Shown: positions 1 through 14,865, numbered from the stretch's first letter. The stretch is DNA of 64,000 bases from the human T2T-CHM13v2.0 reference genome, Homo sapiens (GCF_009914755.1 NC_060936.1); one strand, 5' to 3'. Program-made: numbers and translations. The notes: a model not told the origin generated them from the sequence alone.

Positions 1-544
1 GGAAACAAAGTGAAGATTGTTAATTTTAATGAACATTTTTTCTTGTTCTTTGTGCTTTTTTTCCTTTTCTTTCCTTTTTTTAAAAAATATTGTTAGGGGA
101 AAAAAAAGATTTTCCAGAAGTTTTACACATAAAAGATAATGAATTTTCACCTTGTTCATGCTATAGGAATTTGGGATTGTGCAAGTTAAGTTACATGAAG
201 TTAAGAAAGTGCTTAACATGGTTAATTTCTCTGTGTGTATTTGTGTGTGTGTGTATGCATGTATGTGTGTTTTCTCTTTCTTTGCCCTGTTTGCAAGTAA
301 TGCATCAAGACTTTGTAAGATAATTTTTTAATTTTTATTTTGGAAACAGCTGCTTGGATACTACAGGAGTGGCTAACTTCATGAATCACGGGAAGCGGTG
401 GTTTATTTTGAATGGAAATGAGTTTAAAAATCAACAGTTACTTTCTTTAGCTTTCTAAGAAGTCATTTAGGCACAGATGACGACATCTGAAAATTAGGCA
501 TCATTTTCTTTATCCATAAGCACAATGTCAATGGCAAGTTTTCT

Positions 545-1608
<1,064 letters not shown>

Positions 1609-3774
1609 GTCAATGGCAAGTTTTCTATAGAAAGTGTTCAAGAAACAATATAAGTGAATAATGTTAAATTATTATTGATATCTTTTGGAAGGGAAGTGTT
1701 AAAATATACTTAAATTTTACAACTGTTTTAAAAATTGAAGAAAATATTATACTTTAGATCTACTCTTCATTTGTAGCAATTGATGAACATTTTTAAAATG
1801 TCAAAATATAAGAAATACTTTAAATTATTTTACTTGTGTACAGTTATTGAAAAATGAAACCATGGTGAAAAGATGTTATTAAAACCCACTATTTCTTTTG
1901 GAGGAGAAATCTTGGAAATTTTGAAAGCCACATATAAATCTGAACTTACCTAGAGTCCAAAATATAACCTGTGGTTTTCCATATTTTTTGTGTATTTCCT
2001 GTCATGGATTGGTAGGTAAGGCTTTTGCTAGAGGTTTAAAACCCCAGAATTGCAGACACCATATCTAAGATTTCAAATTAGTTTAGAACATTTTACCAAA
2101 AGACACTAAAGTCCAAAAAGAGTTAACTCATTTTTATTCTAAATCATTGAAATCTATTTCTGTTAATTATTTATAGCTCTTCTCTCTAAGTCAAGCTGTT
2201 TATTCAAATGTAATTTCTAAAACATTGTCAGTTGTATAGATAATTTATATCTACACAATGCCAGAGAATACAAATAAATCTTAAATTTTAAAAATCACAA
2301 GACAGTGTTTCACGCCCTCAGGAAAATCCGAAGTTGAAGATAAGTTATTTCATTGCCAATATTTCCAGCTGCCAGAGTTGCCACACAAGGGTACTTTATA
2401 TATAATTACCTTATTGAAAGAATTGTCATATCCCTTTTGTCCCTGAGGGGGAAAACAATCAGAAGATGTTGAAAGATGACTAGATTCTAGATTGGTATTT
2501 TAATTTTCAGAAGCCAACCCAGTCCTGGGATTGTTCTTAGAAGATAACTTCAGATTATATTGCTTTGGTTTATTTTAAGAGAAAATCTGTTGTAGAATAT
2601 AAAGGAGGTTCTTATCTCTTTTATACTTGCCCATTACTTTTATTTCTTTTCCTTTGTGGCACTTACAGAAAGCCTTGTGAATAGATCTGTTTTTTTTTCT
2701 AGTAATTCCTACACTGTTGAAGAAGCTTTTCTCTGAGGTGCTCATGTATTATCATTAGCATGATTAGTGTTAGTCACTTAAACAGAGAGATATGATCTTA
2801 ATCAGAAAACTATTATCCTGAAACTGCAAACCTAATGAAATACAAGGAAATTCAGGAAGAAGGCCATCTGTAGATACACTCTGCCGATTTGATAATTGGA
2901 CTGTTTAGGCAGGAGGCACAGAAGCCTTTATGTATATAAATGCAATTTAATTTGATGAGCTGTATGAAAATCAGTTTAGGCAAAATAAAAGCCACTTATA
3001 CTAGCTAAAATAGAAATGAAAACATAGTTTCAGGATTATAGTTTTTAACGAGACCAGAAACCCATCACGAGGCATTTAATTGTGCATTCACCTGTAGATA
3101 CTTAACTGTCAGTGGCTTTTTATTGGTCCCTTTATATGATACCAGGTTTCTTTGTATATTATTTCTAAAATAGGTATATTTGCCTTAGTTTAGTTTTATG
3201 GAGAAACTCCCTTTGCATATTTTATTTTATATTCTTGCCTGTCACTGTACCCTGGAACAGAATCAACCTTTATCTGGGCCCTGTACCTGTCAGCCTAATG
3301 GTGAGAGGGCTGAATCTCATGTTAACTCAATCTTGCCTTATACCAGTACATGTTCCAAAATCTCTGTGGGCCCTAATTAGATTATATTGTCATTAAAGGG
3401 ACATAAACCTTCATATGGATATTTAAGCATTTGTTTTTCTCAGACCAAAGTATTGTTGTTATATATAGACATATTACAATATCAATGCAATATTTTACTT
3501 TCATTTGTTTCTTAGTGTTTCTGCCTGTTCTGTTTGATTTGGTTTGTGAACCAGTAGTTATGCAAGAAGTTTCTTGTTCAGAGGTAGATTTTTTTCCCTA
3601 CTATTTTTATTTACATCCATCATTCCAAGTGGAATACCCATGTCCTCTAAATATGGAAAAGTTGACAGCCCCATCTTATTTTTCATGTGTTTTATATAAG
3701 AATACTTGTCTGAAATTAAATTGATAACTTCTGTGAAGAGTACATATTCTCTAATTCTCTTTTTTAAAATATTA

Positions 3775-4580
3775 ATTTTATCACTTAATAAATGTTTGCC
3801 TAGCTTTTGCTATGAGCCAGCTACTGTGCTAATACTAGTTACACTACACCTAAGACACTGGAATTATGGTAAAGTCATAGACACAAGTTAAATAATAAAT
3901 TAGGAATTGTAGTAAATGTATGAGGGAAGTTCTAGCTGTTGTTTGGGGAAATATTGGATGTAGAGTGGGTGGTTTTTATCTGAGAGATCAAGGATTTTTT
4001 CTTTGAAGAGTGACATTTATAGCATAACTAGAAACATGACTAAGTGTTAGCTAGGCAAGGATTTGAGGACAAAGCTTTTTAAAGAGACAGATGAGTATGT
4101 GTGGAAGCTCTGTGATAGGAAAAGGCTTAGTGTATTATAGGAATTGAAAGAAAGCTGATGGAAGAACGGCTCTCAGCAAGGATTGGAGAGTGGGAGGGGC
4201 TAATTATTGGAACATCTCTTAAACAGGTTGACTACACATCTGGGTTGCCCTTAGCAGCCTTGTTGATCTGGCAAAATGATTACTAATACTCCTAGTTATT
4301 CTCAAATGTGCCCCAATTTGATGTTAAATTATATCCTCCCCCATTTATAAATCGGGTTTTCTTTTTTCATTCCAAGAAAAATAGGAACCCATGAAAGCAT
4401 TTAAGCAGGGAAGTGACATGATCAAATTACCATTTTAAGAAATCATTCTGCTGTAACGTTGCAAGTGGATTTGAGGAATCCAGATGGAAGTGGGAGGCTG
4501 GCTAGTCAGCCAGTGCAGTAGTTCAGATGCCAGGTGGCAGTGGTTTCGATGAGGGGTTTGGCAGTAGAGAGAAAACCCAC
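3775..4580 (-). mobile_element. L2 LINE remnant, interrupted by a MER94-like MITE
   Basis: Antisense L2 motifs: AATAAATGTTTG..CTATGAGCCAG..CTGTGCTA and TTTAAGCAGGGAAGTGACATGATCAAATT. Confidence 0.7.
4224..4343. mobile_element. MER94-like hAT-Blackjack MITE
   Basis: CAGGTTGACTACACATCTGGGTTGCCC...CTCAAATGTGCCCCAATTTG..TAAATTATATCC resembles the recalled MER94 consensus after CpG decay. Confidence 0.55.
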
Positions 4581-4724
4581 GGCTTCAACATATATTTCAC
4601 GAACAGACTCTGGGAAGTCGTAAGCAACAGGCATCCTCCTTTTGGTCTAACAATAATAATGCTACTCTTCTTCACTTTAATAAACAGTCATGAGCGCATG
4701 CAATGCCCACACTGACAGTTCACT

Positions 4725-4900
4725 TGTACAGCCATTTGTTCTTAGTTTCTGTGTCTGGTTGGGCCAGTAAAGCCCTTTCCTCATCCCTCTTTCTGCTTAT
4801 CACTAGAGACAGAAACTAAAAACTATGGCTTCAGGCTGCTGAAAGCCTAAAATACAACAAAACAGAACAACAACAAAATAAGGCAGATTAGACAAGCTTG
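4725..4900. mobile_element. MER30B-like hAT-Charlie MITE
   Basis: TTCTTAGTTTCTG..GGGCCAGTAAAGCCC..TTATCACTAGAGACAGAAACTAAAAAC..GGCTTCAGGCTGCT..GACAAGCTTG closely matches the recalled MER30B consensus. Confidence 0.8.
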
Positions 4901-5014
4901 CTTTAAGTGATGTCCTGATGACAATAAGGGACTCAGTTTTTTCAGCATTTTGTGTTTTGATTAACCTGTAACAAGGTTTTGGAAAGCATCATTGCAAATA
5001 GTTGATCTAAGAAA

Positions 5015-5245
5015 ATAGCACAGAGCATTGGTTTGGAGCCCAGTCTCGAGTTCAGTGGCCTGGATTGGAATTTCAGCCCTGCAACCAGCTGCTTCTAGTA
5101 TAGAAGAGTCACTGACCCTCTCTGGTCCTCTATGTCCTAATCCCTAAAATAAGGATAATAACCTCAGAGTTGTTATCAAGATTAAATGAGTTAATATTTC
5201 AAAAAATTTAAAGCAATGCGTGGTACATAGCCACCTTCGTAAAAA
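5015..5245 (+). mobile_element. MIR SINE
   Basis: MIR core TAAAATAAGGATAATAACCTCAGAGTTGTTATCAAGATTAAATGAG. Confidence 0.8.
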
Positions 5246-5362
5246 TTTTGTTAAATTATTAAAACTGAGTGACTGTATGGTTTGTACTGCAGCTTGATCA
5301 GAGACGTAGTGGGATAATTCTTGACCTAACTAGCTTATGTAAACTATTGATTATGTTATCTT

Positions 5363-5807
<445 letters not shown>

Positions 5808-6529
5808 TTAAAAAGAAAAATGTGTGTAGGCTTAATTTCTTCAGCCTATTTAGCATATGATTTTCTGCCTAGACTAAAATTACAACTACATTTATGAAAT
5901 GTTAGAGTTGAAAGCCATTATAAATGACTTTTTTTTCACATTGTCTTACTGTGGAGATTAGGGCTTAGAGAAATTAAGCAATTTACATAAGATCCTATGA
6001 CACAGATCAAAGCTACTCAAAATAGTTATAACAGGTAATAATAAAAGATTTCAGAAGTCTGTGACTCACAAATTTGATCATACTTTGGTGATGCTATATA
6101 ATGTATCTGTTTGAGAGAAAAAAATGTCTGAAAAGCATTAAATAATGTTCAAAGAAGTGTTTTATAGCTGGTAAAGTCTAATACTCTTATTTTGTGGATG
6201 ATTCTCATGAACTATAAAAATCTGTGAGATATATTTGTGAAATTAAGAGACTCATGAGAGATGTATATGTTTTTCTAGGATGGAAAATAGCCTTCAAACA
6301 CAGTTGCATGGTAGGCCACTTCTGTGATATGGAGAATAGTGAACTTGCTTTCCTGACCAAAATGTTCCACATCTCACCAATTACCTGGCTTGAATTTCCA
6401 CCATTAGGGATGCATTTGTTTAAGTTTTGAGGATATCTTGGTATTAAGGAATGGCTTAGAAAAATGGAAATTGTTTACTGGGCTGTCTCAATCTCAGCAT
6501 GTATTAACTAAGGACTTCTAGGGAAGAGG

Positions 6530-6680
6530 TTCTAAAACTATAGTATAGAAATTATAATGTCACATTCTTGAGGTACTTGTTAAAAACGCAGATTCCAGAG
6601 TTCAATCCCAGACCTAGTGAAATAATCTCTAAGGTCTAGACTACTCAGATCTATACATTGTTTGCTTGATGGTGTTCTTG
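6530..6680. mobile_element. MER5A-like hAT MITE
   Basis: CTTGTTAAAAACGCAGATTCC..CCCAGACCTAGTGAAATAATCTCT. Confidence 0.6.
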
Positions 6681-7009
6681 AATGCCATTTGAATATCACT
6701 TTTTAAATTATCACGAGTGATATGTTGAAAGTTTATAATAAACAAAAAGTATACAATTTTATTTTCACTAGTAGAATAGTAAAGCAAGTACCTTTAGTTT
6801 TATTTGCATTCTGGCTGATAATTCACTGTCATTAGAACCTCAACAGATTGTCTGCCATGATGATTACATAGACGTTGTAGGATTTTTTTTACAGGTAATT
6901 GTTATATCCACTTGAATTATAACTTGCAAATTTTTCACCTTAGGCAAAGACTATCTGGGTTTATCATTTCACCTCTCATCCTAATACCAGTTTTCTCCAC
7001 TTTCTCCCA

Positions 7010-7222
7010 TAGTGGTCTAAATTCAGTGCTTTGAGTCTACCACTTGTCTTTGAAAAAGCCTCATAAACACGCTAAGCCTCCATAGTTTTTTTTTTTTAAT
7101 CTGTCATTGAATTTAATTTGCTCTCCTAAATCTCAGGATAGTACGAGGATTTAGTTAGGTAATTTACATGAAAGCATTTTGTAAATCATAAAGTGTTCTA
7201 CAAATGTAATGTACTATTACTA
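7010..7222 (+). mobile_element. MIR SINE
   Basis: CTCAGGATAGTACGAGGATTTAGTTAGGTAATTTACATGAAAGCATTTTGTAAA is a MIR core and 3' end. Confidence 0.65.
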
Positions 7223-8496
7223 GTTAAGGACCTTAAAATACCTATTACCCCTGTGGTCCTGTCAAACTCATTCTATCAATTTCTTTTCTTTCTCAGAACT
7301 CTGGTCTCAGTGATACTAGTTAGCAAATTTAATTATGTTAAATAAAATTTTAACTAATAGGTGACATCCATTTCCATAGGCCAAATCCAGAGTGAGTACA
7401 GTTAGTACAACGAGTACATTCAAAGTATTGTTCTGGACATTATAGAGAAATAATGAGTAATCTAAATGTTCTTGATAATGTTATATAGATGTTTAAAAAG
7501 AGGAAATAAGAAATGCAAGCAATCATTATGCAAATTCTTACATAATCAGTGCCATTAACAGGATAGAAGGTACTGGGGGTGAAAGTTGTTTGTTTAAGGG
7601 AAGAAGAATAAAATTAAGTTTTAGGGAATCAAGGATTCTATATAGACCTTGAACGATGGGTAGGATTTTAGAAGCTTGTGTTTCAAAGAGTTTGACTTGA
7701 ATATAAGACAGAAATCATTCCTAAAACAATTTTAGCTGTAAAACTTTGATACTTAAAACCAGGAAAAACTTTGAGTATCTTTTAAATTAACTATTTTTAT
7801 TTATAAAACAGATAGTTCATCAGATCTGAAAGCCTGCATATTCCAAACACTAAACTTACATCCTTTTTTGAATTGGATTATTTTATAGTAGGCAATAATT
7901 GAGTAAAGTATTCTGGGCCTGTTTATTTGATCTGCTCTGATCAATTCATCTAATTAATTTATTTGATTAATCATCTGATTAATTCATTTCAGAACACAGA
8001 CCAGATATCTGTCATCCTTTCTTTTTTTTAGGAAATATGGAATCATCAAACATTACGTTAAAAAAATAATCACCAAATCAACCTGCTGAGTTAAATTAAT
8101 GTCCCTCTATTCTTCTTAAAAAGGAGGCACCTGCCTTACTAATGTTCATAATAAATGCCTTGTATAGAAGAGTTTTCCTCATGTAGAAATACCTATTTGT
8201 CTCATGAAGAAATCAACTCCCCAACATCATATCCTTCTCAAAACAAATAGGTGGATTTCAGCTTCTTCCCTTTGTTGTGAATGATCCTTTCATATCCCTT
8301 TCTTGTTTGCCTGGTCAAAACTGATAGGTTAGAAGCTAGTTTAAGCAGCAGATGAGGCAATAGTGTGCTTAAAGCTAGAGCAGTGTCTGGACTGGACTTT
8401 CAGTCTTCAGGTTCAAGCAGCTCCTGAAGTAGAGGCCAATGTTCCAAATCAGAGCAACTCAATGAACCATTTTGTCTTTGTTTGAAATCTCTAAGG

Positions 8497-8654
8497 CAGG
8501 GCTGGCTTCATGGGTGATTACTGGGAAGCTACACAGGGCTCAGGTTTAGAGGGGTCCTGTCCTTATTTTAATGCTCTGCTGTCACCATCTTGAAATTCTT
8601 AATGTTTTTGAACAATGATTTTCCTGTTGTGCTGGGCTCTGCAACCTGGTCCTG
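8497..8654. mobile_element. MER91-like hAT-Tip100 MITE
   Basis: Termini CAGGGCTGG...CTGGTCCTG; internal TAATGCTCTGCTGTCACCATCTTGAAATTCTTAAT. Perfect 8-bp TSD CTCTAAGG at 8489-8496 and 8655-8662, the hAT hallmark. Confidence 0.85.
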
Positions 8655-10146
8655 CTCTAAGGCTTCCATCCATTACTGCAGAGCCATCTCAAAACAAAAT
8701 AAAAGCACCAAATGAGTGCTGTCATTTTTTAACATGAGAAAAAAAATAGCAGGTTTCAGAGATCCAATTAGATAGTAATGCCAAATTTTCCCCAGGACAT
8801 TCCCATTAAAAGTTTATATTTGAAACAGTCAACAAAGACGTAGGTAGGTCTGATTGTTAAAAATCAGTTTAGCCTGAAAGAAGACTATTCTCTGGGTAAA
8901 ACAGATCATTTTCTCTTCTCTACCACAGCCTCCTCTCCTTCTTCTTGCTTGTTTCCTTCCTTTAAAGGGAACATACAGACACCTTCCATCCTTGGCCTGC
9001 TTACTGTGAGCTGCCAACAAGATAGACAAGGCTACATTTTGGCCCTGTTTCCCAGTTTGCAGAGTTCCGCTCTGTGCTCCCAAGACCTTTCTAAATCCCA
9101 TCCATAACTTCACTGAAGAAATACTGAAAAAAGATACCACATGATTCATATAAACTTCCCACAGAGCACTGCCTTCCCCACCAAAATGGAAAAGGACTTG
9201 GAATGTACAAGTCAGATAGCAGAAGGCCAAAAGGCTGTGGAAATGAATTCATTCACTGAACTGAAACTTTTGAGGGAGGCCAGTTTTCAAAAGCAGCCTT
9301 CCAAGTCTTTCTACCATTCAGGCTGCTCCCTCTGCATAATGAACCTATTAAAAGAATTAAGTCAATTTTTAAAAAGCAGTGATCTTTCTTTCGTCTGATT
9401 TGTGGCATAATTCAAGTAAAAGCCTCTTTTCCTTTTGTCTGTTATATGACTCTGTACTCCTCTCCTAGTTCATTGCTTTACTTCATTTTCACTTCAGTTG
9501 ATACCTTGTCCCTTGGTCAGGGGAAGGCAGGATAAAGAAGACAGGGCACATGAGAGAGGTTCTCAGAGTGTTAAAGAAATACATCAAGGGCTGACAAATG
9601 CAATTCTGTTTCAGAGCAGGCCTGATCACTGACTATGAACATTTTAAAGGTGAAAACGTTCATTCTGTACTATTAATCTGCTATAGCAAATTTACTTCTG
9701 ATTTGCATCTCATATTCTTGTGCTTTTGTTTCAAAAAAAATTTAATGTCTAGGAAAATGCTCATTATATAAAAATTTTATCATATACTGACATACCCCCT
9801 GTAAAGAGTGTTCTTTCTAATAACAATTGTTGGGCGTAATAAGTGACTCCTCAAGAAAGACTCTCAAATAATTTGGTTGTATCTGTTAAATAAAATAATA
9901 TAAAACGAACTGTTAAAAATCATTAACTGCAACTCACTTTCAGCAAATATATAACACAAAGATTAAAGTATGTTCAAATATTTCCTATCCATTGCTCCTT
10001 GCACATTTTCAGTTAATTTCTGTTCCTTTATGGCAAGTTCAAATATTTGGCTACAAGTGAAGAAACTTTAACTGTAGAAATGTTTCCAAATCCTTAAGCA
10101 GTTATTTATTTTTACACATAAGTCTCTACATTATTATTCCAATAGC

Positions 10147-10272
10147 TAGGAATATTATTTTTCCTAGAATATTCCTAGATGTAGGAATATTATTTTACTA
10201 GGAATATTATTGTTCCTAAAATATTCCTAGATCTAGGAATATTATCTTACTAGGAATATTATTATTCTTAGG
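10147..10272. repeat. AT-rich 52-bp minisatellite (~2.4 copies) built from TAGGAATATT and its reverse complement
   Basis: Units at 10147-10198 and 10199-10250, partial unit at 10251-10272. Confidence 0.9.
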
Positions 10273-10339
10273 TAAAGGAATAATAACGTAGAGACTTAAG
10301 AGTAAAAATAAATGGTGTCTGATTTAACATACATTTAGA

Positions 10340-10600
10340 GAGGGTACCTTGTGTACAGAGATACAGATCCTGCCTTTCAGGGTTGAAGGTGATTAGAGAA
10401 TTACAGCACTGGGTTTTTCACGCTGTGATGAAAGCTTAAAGAAGATACCCTAGTTCTAGCTGAGGTTGGTGGGAAGAAGCCAGGGGAAGAAGACTGAGAA
10501 AGTTCACAGGGAGCATGATCTCTGACCTGAATTTTGATGATTGAGTAGGAGTTCAGTCAAGATTAGAGGTGAGAATGGTAGGGAGAAGAAAACTGCATAG
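10340..10600 (-). mobile_element. L2 remnant
   Basis: GATACAGATCCTGCCTTTCAGG and CTGAATTTTGATGATTGAGTAGGAGTT are antisense L2-like motifs. Confidence 0.5.
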
Positions 10601-11354
10601 TCTTAAACCTCAGATTATATTTACTGCAAATATTATCTTTTTGTAAATATTTTATTATTAAAAATGGAGATGAAGGAGAAAGAATAATCTAGTAATAATG
10701 CTCTAGAAGTTGAAATGAGACACTTCTAACAGTGGGAGTAAGCTTCACTTCTTTGCTAATCAATTGCAGCCTTGGTAATGTTCTTAATAATCTGAATTTT
10801 AAACAGCACAAATACTTGAAAGAAATATGTGAGGTGAGGTATTAAAGCTGCCTCCCGAGAAACATGAGCTTGCCTTGAAGAGGCACAAAGTTTACTGTTA
10901 GATAACACAGAGTAATACTTCACGAAGTGTATGAAGAAGCAACCTTGATATGATATGAGCTGTGGGTATTTGCTGGTTTTGCAGAAAACTGAATCTTTTT
11001 CTTTAAATGCATATCTCAAAGCTGTGTTATGCATTCCACAAATTTTATTAGGAATTCCATTTATTCAGCAACAATTTTAAGCTGCTGTAGCTTCTGCTAC
11101 TGATATAACCAACAACATTAATTGGGAAAATTTTGGCGACTCTTCTGTGTCAGTTTGACCTCAAGATGTCTGACTCTGCTCACGGGGAGGGTAAATCCAT
11201 GGGAGTGCTTTCTGTAAAGGCAGAAAATGCAAAGGAGACAAGACTAGTCAGAAAGATCTGTGCCCAGCAATAAGGAGAACCTAGAAGCTAAGCTCCAAGA
11301 GGGTATGAAGATTTTTATGTTGGTGGCTCTTCCCCCACCTGCCTCTGTAAAGTC

Positions 11355-11741
11355 TTTATTAGTTTGCTAGGGCTGCCATAACAAAGTCCCATAGACCGGG
11401 TAACTTAACAGAAATGTAATTTCTCACAGTTTTGGAGGCTAGAAGTCCAAGATCAAGTGTCGGCTGGGTTAGTTTCCCGTGAGTCCTTTTTCCTTGGCAT
11501 GTAGGTGGCCACCCTCTTGCTGTGTCTTCAGGTGGCCTTTCCTCTTGTGTCTGTGCCCTAATCTCTTCTTAGAAGAATACCAGTCATATTGGATTAGAGA
11601 TCACCCTGATGGCCTCACTGAATCTTAATTACCTCTTTAAAGACCCCATGTCCAAATGCAGTCACATTTGGAGGTACTGAGGATTAAGGGTTTCAACATA
11701 CAAATTTGGCCAGGAAAGGGGATGTAATTTAGCACAGAAGA
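11355..11741 (-). mobile_element. MaLR solo LTR (MLT1B/C-like) inserted in an L2 3' end
   Basis: TATTAGTTTGCTAGGGCTGCCATAACAAAG..TTCTCACAGTTTTGGAGGCTAGAAGTCCAAGATCAAG..GAGGTACTGAGGATTAAGG. L2-like flanks at ~11280-11350 and ~11745-11800. Confidence 0.88.
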
Positions 11742-12099
11742 GAATCCTCACTACTTAGAGGAAGGACCTGCCATCAAGTAGCACTCAGTAACATGATTTT
11801 AAAATAAGTGTTTGAAAGAACAAAGAAATGGCTCCGAGAGGAGCTGATGCCAGAACCTGACTTGGATAGTGTATACAACTAGACTCTGGTAAGGAAAAAC
11901 ATAGTAAATTTGTAGTCAGTTCCACAGCCCTAAAAGGCTAAGTAAGTGGAATGAGGGAGAGGTTATGGAATAAACCAGGCAATTCAGAAAAATGTTAGGC
12001 ATAAGTCAAGAAGGTAGATCCATAATAATGAGGTCTTAACCTTGACACTAGTTAAATCTGAGTACTTGTGGTTAGCACAACAATAAGCTGGAAGCAAAA

Positions 12100-12534
12100 T
12101 GAAATACTATAGAGAAAAGCATCTATTTTAGGCTCCACCTTTCTACATACACTGCCTATAACCCAGTTATGGCTGAGGCAACATTGTGCATTTCTACATT
12201 TTCATTTTTCTGTGGACATAGAGGTGGGACCATATGACTGAGTTCTAGGCAAAGGAATACAAATGGAAGTAATATTGTTTCTAGGCCATGAAGCATCCAT
12301 GCAATTGGCCTTGCTCTCTCTCTTTCCTGCTCACATGTCAGGAAACAAAGGACACTGGAAGGAGGCCAGATTCCAGAGTCCTTGGAGAGGGGCTACCCAG
12401 GAGAGCTCTTGGACTGGGAACACCCACTTCAGACTTTATGTGATCAAGAAACAAAACCTTTAAGGCTTGTGAAGTTAATGTTAAGTCCCTGAGATTTGAG
12501 GATTGTTTGTTACAGCACTTACTCGTCCTAACAC
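12100..12534 (+). mobile_element. MaLR LTR (MLT1H/J-like), 5' LTR of a provirus remnant
   Basis: CCATATGACTGAGTTCTAGGC..AAGTCCCTGAGATTTGAGGATTGTTTGTTACAGCA..CTAACACA. The 5' boundary is approximate. Confidence 0.75.
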
Positions 12535-13230
12535 AGAAATCAGTACGGTGAAGTGGGTGTGCTATTGTAACCCAAATATATTGCATCAACTTATATGAGG
12601 CACATGGGGAAGAGAAAGCTGATAACCAAGGCTGAAGCAATGTTAATCCATATCCTTACAGGCAACACATTTGGTAGAGCATTATATGGAAGCTAGACAA
12701 TATATCAACAGCTCTAAGGAAAAAGGTTGAAAAACAGAACCTTATTAGTGTGGGTTTTTTTTTATTACCTGTGTTTGGCAAAATGTCACAAAAAGGAAAT
12801 GAACTCAGGAAAGAACTGGCTAGTTTATGAGCAGAACTGATAAGGAATTTTTAAAAGTGTAGTAATTTAAGTCTTTTCAGGCTTTGAAAAGCCAACTGCT
12901 TCTAGATCGCAAGCAGTTAGCGGTCAAATTACGGTGACTCAGGAGAAAAAATCTGATTAAGGGTGTGTGTGGCCTTCCTTTTCAAGTCTTATAGACTTAT
13001 TTGTCCTCAAGAAAGTTAAGTGGTGAGAAGGAGGCAACGGACAAGAAAGGAGAGAAAACTGGGCCCCTAACTTTCCTGGCACAACTGACAGCTTTTAAAG
13101 ATCCAGTCCCCTACAGGGGATACTCATCGAGACATATTTGTACCTTGGCCAAGAAAAAAATACTAGACAAGGAGAACCTTTTAGGGTTTGGAGCCAAGGC
13201 CATGGACAACAAAGAACAAAGTTTGTCTTC
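12535..13230 (+). mobile_element. MLT1-int MaLR internal sequence remnant
   Basis: Starts directly after the LTR with GAAATCAGTACGGTGAAGTGGGTGTGCTATTGTAAC, the MaLR-int start motif. AAATGAACTCAGGAAAGAACTGGC is also int-like. Confidence 0.65.
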
Positions 13231-13742
13231 TAAGATATAATGTGGTAAAAGAAACAGAAGCAGCATTGCAATGCTCACAAATTATTCCTTCACGTGGAGT
13301 TGATGGTGGTGGTGGGTTGGCACCACCAGAGTTCCAGCATATGACCAGAGGCCCTCTGTACTGCCTTTTCCATATGGAGCACATAGTCTACCATGCAGAC
13401 TATCGGAAATTGTGTTTGCATCATAGGCCATGGGCCATATGGTATTTTTTGCTAGGCATGGACATTTGACCTGCAGCTCATTTCCTGCTAATGGATACTT
13501 ATTTAACTTTTTAAAAAAATGTTTGTGCACATTTTGGAATGTCCTTTTCGGCATTTCTTTTCCCTGTCCACCTCACCTATTTAGACTGCTATCTGCCCTT
13601 AGGCAGCTGTGATGTACAGATTGAGAGGAAACAGGTTGCTGCTGTACTCGGTCACACAGAAATGAGAAAACTCATTTCGTATAAAATGAGTTTTATACTA
13701 AATTTCATGAGGTTTCTCTGATAGAATTTGTCTAAAATGTAA

Positions 13743-14075
<333 letters not shown>

Positions 14076-14250
14076 TAGCTCTATAGAACTACTATAAGCT
14101 GTGTTTCTATAGTAAGAAACCTGTTAGATAGAACCCACAGTATCTATGGTGTATATCCTATAATTCTTACCTTGGCTAGAACTACTCATTTTTAGTAGCT
14201 TATGTTTGGTAACCAAATTACAGATTTAAGATTCCATTTTTGCTTTATTA

Positions 14251-14329
14251 TTAGCTTGGTGCAAAAGTAATTGCCGTGTTTGCCTTCTTTTAAATGGCAA
14301 AGCTCACAATTACTTTTGCACCAGTCTAA
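14251..14329. mobile_element. MADE1 (Hsmar1-derived MITE)
   Basis: TIRs TTAGCTTGGTGCAAAAGTAATTG / CAATTACTTTTGCACCAGTCTAA, 79 bp, TA TSD at 14249-14250 and 14330-14331. Confidence 0.95.
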
Positions 14330-14865
14330 TATAAAGAATGGGTAAGGCTTACACAACAGGTAGGTATTACAATATTTATTTGGCTCTTCTTAGACTCTAT
14401 GAGAAGCAACACCTTGAAGGAACTCATAGTAAGCATGTGATAGGTTTATTTGTATCCAGAGCAGTATCATCAATATTTGGAATATAATAAATAAATTACT
14501 TTTATGATGGTTTGTGTATGTAGACATTAAAGAAAAGATTAGTCTTGTCAGGTTCTCAGTAAAATTTTCTAAATTCCATTCATCCCTATTTCTCCCTGTC
14601 TCTTCCTTCTCTTCTCTACTCCTCCCTCCTTCTCTCCCCCTACCCAGCCCATCTATATGTATTTAGTTCAGATAATCACACAAAGGACACAAAGATGAAT
14701 AACATATACCTCTTGCTCTCAAATCCTGTAGACACAGAATACATTGATTGTGCTGTTTTATTTAAAAAGTGTAATCTTTTGCATTCCAAATACAAAATTC
14801 CAAATCAGAGTAATTTTTGTTTTTAAAATGTTAAAAATAAGATAATAATATTGATGCTGGGAGTT

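Noticed and set aside
4525-4545. CTCF-like CCAGGTGGCAG
   Set aside because: The 5' CC of the core motif is missing and the site lies inside an L2 remnant.
10147-10272. Repeated palindromic units superficially like a CRISPR array
   Set aside because: No unique spacers, no cas genes and a human genomic context; it is a minisatellite.
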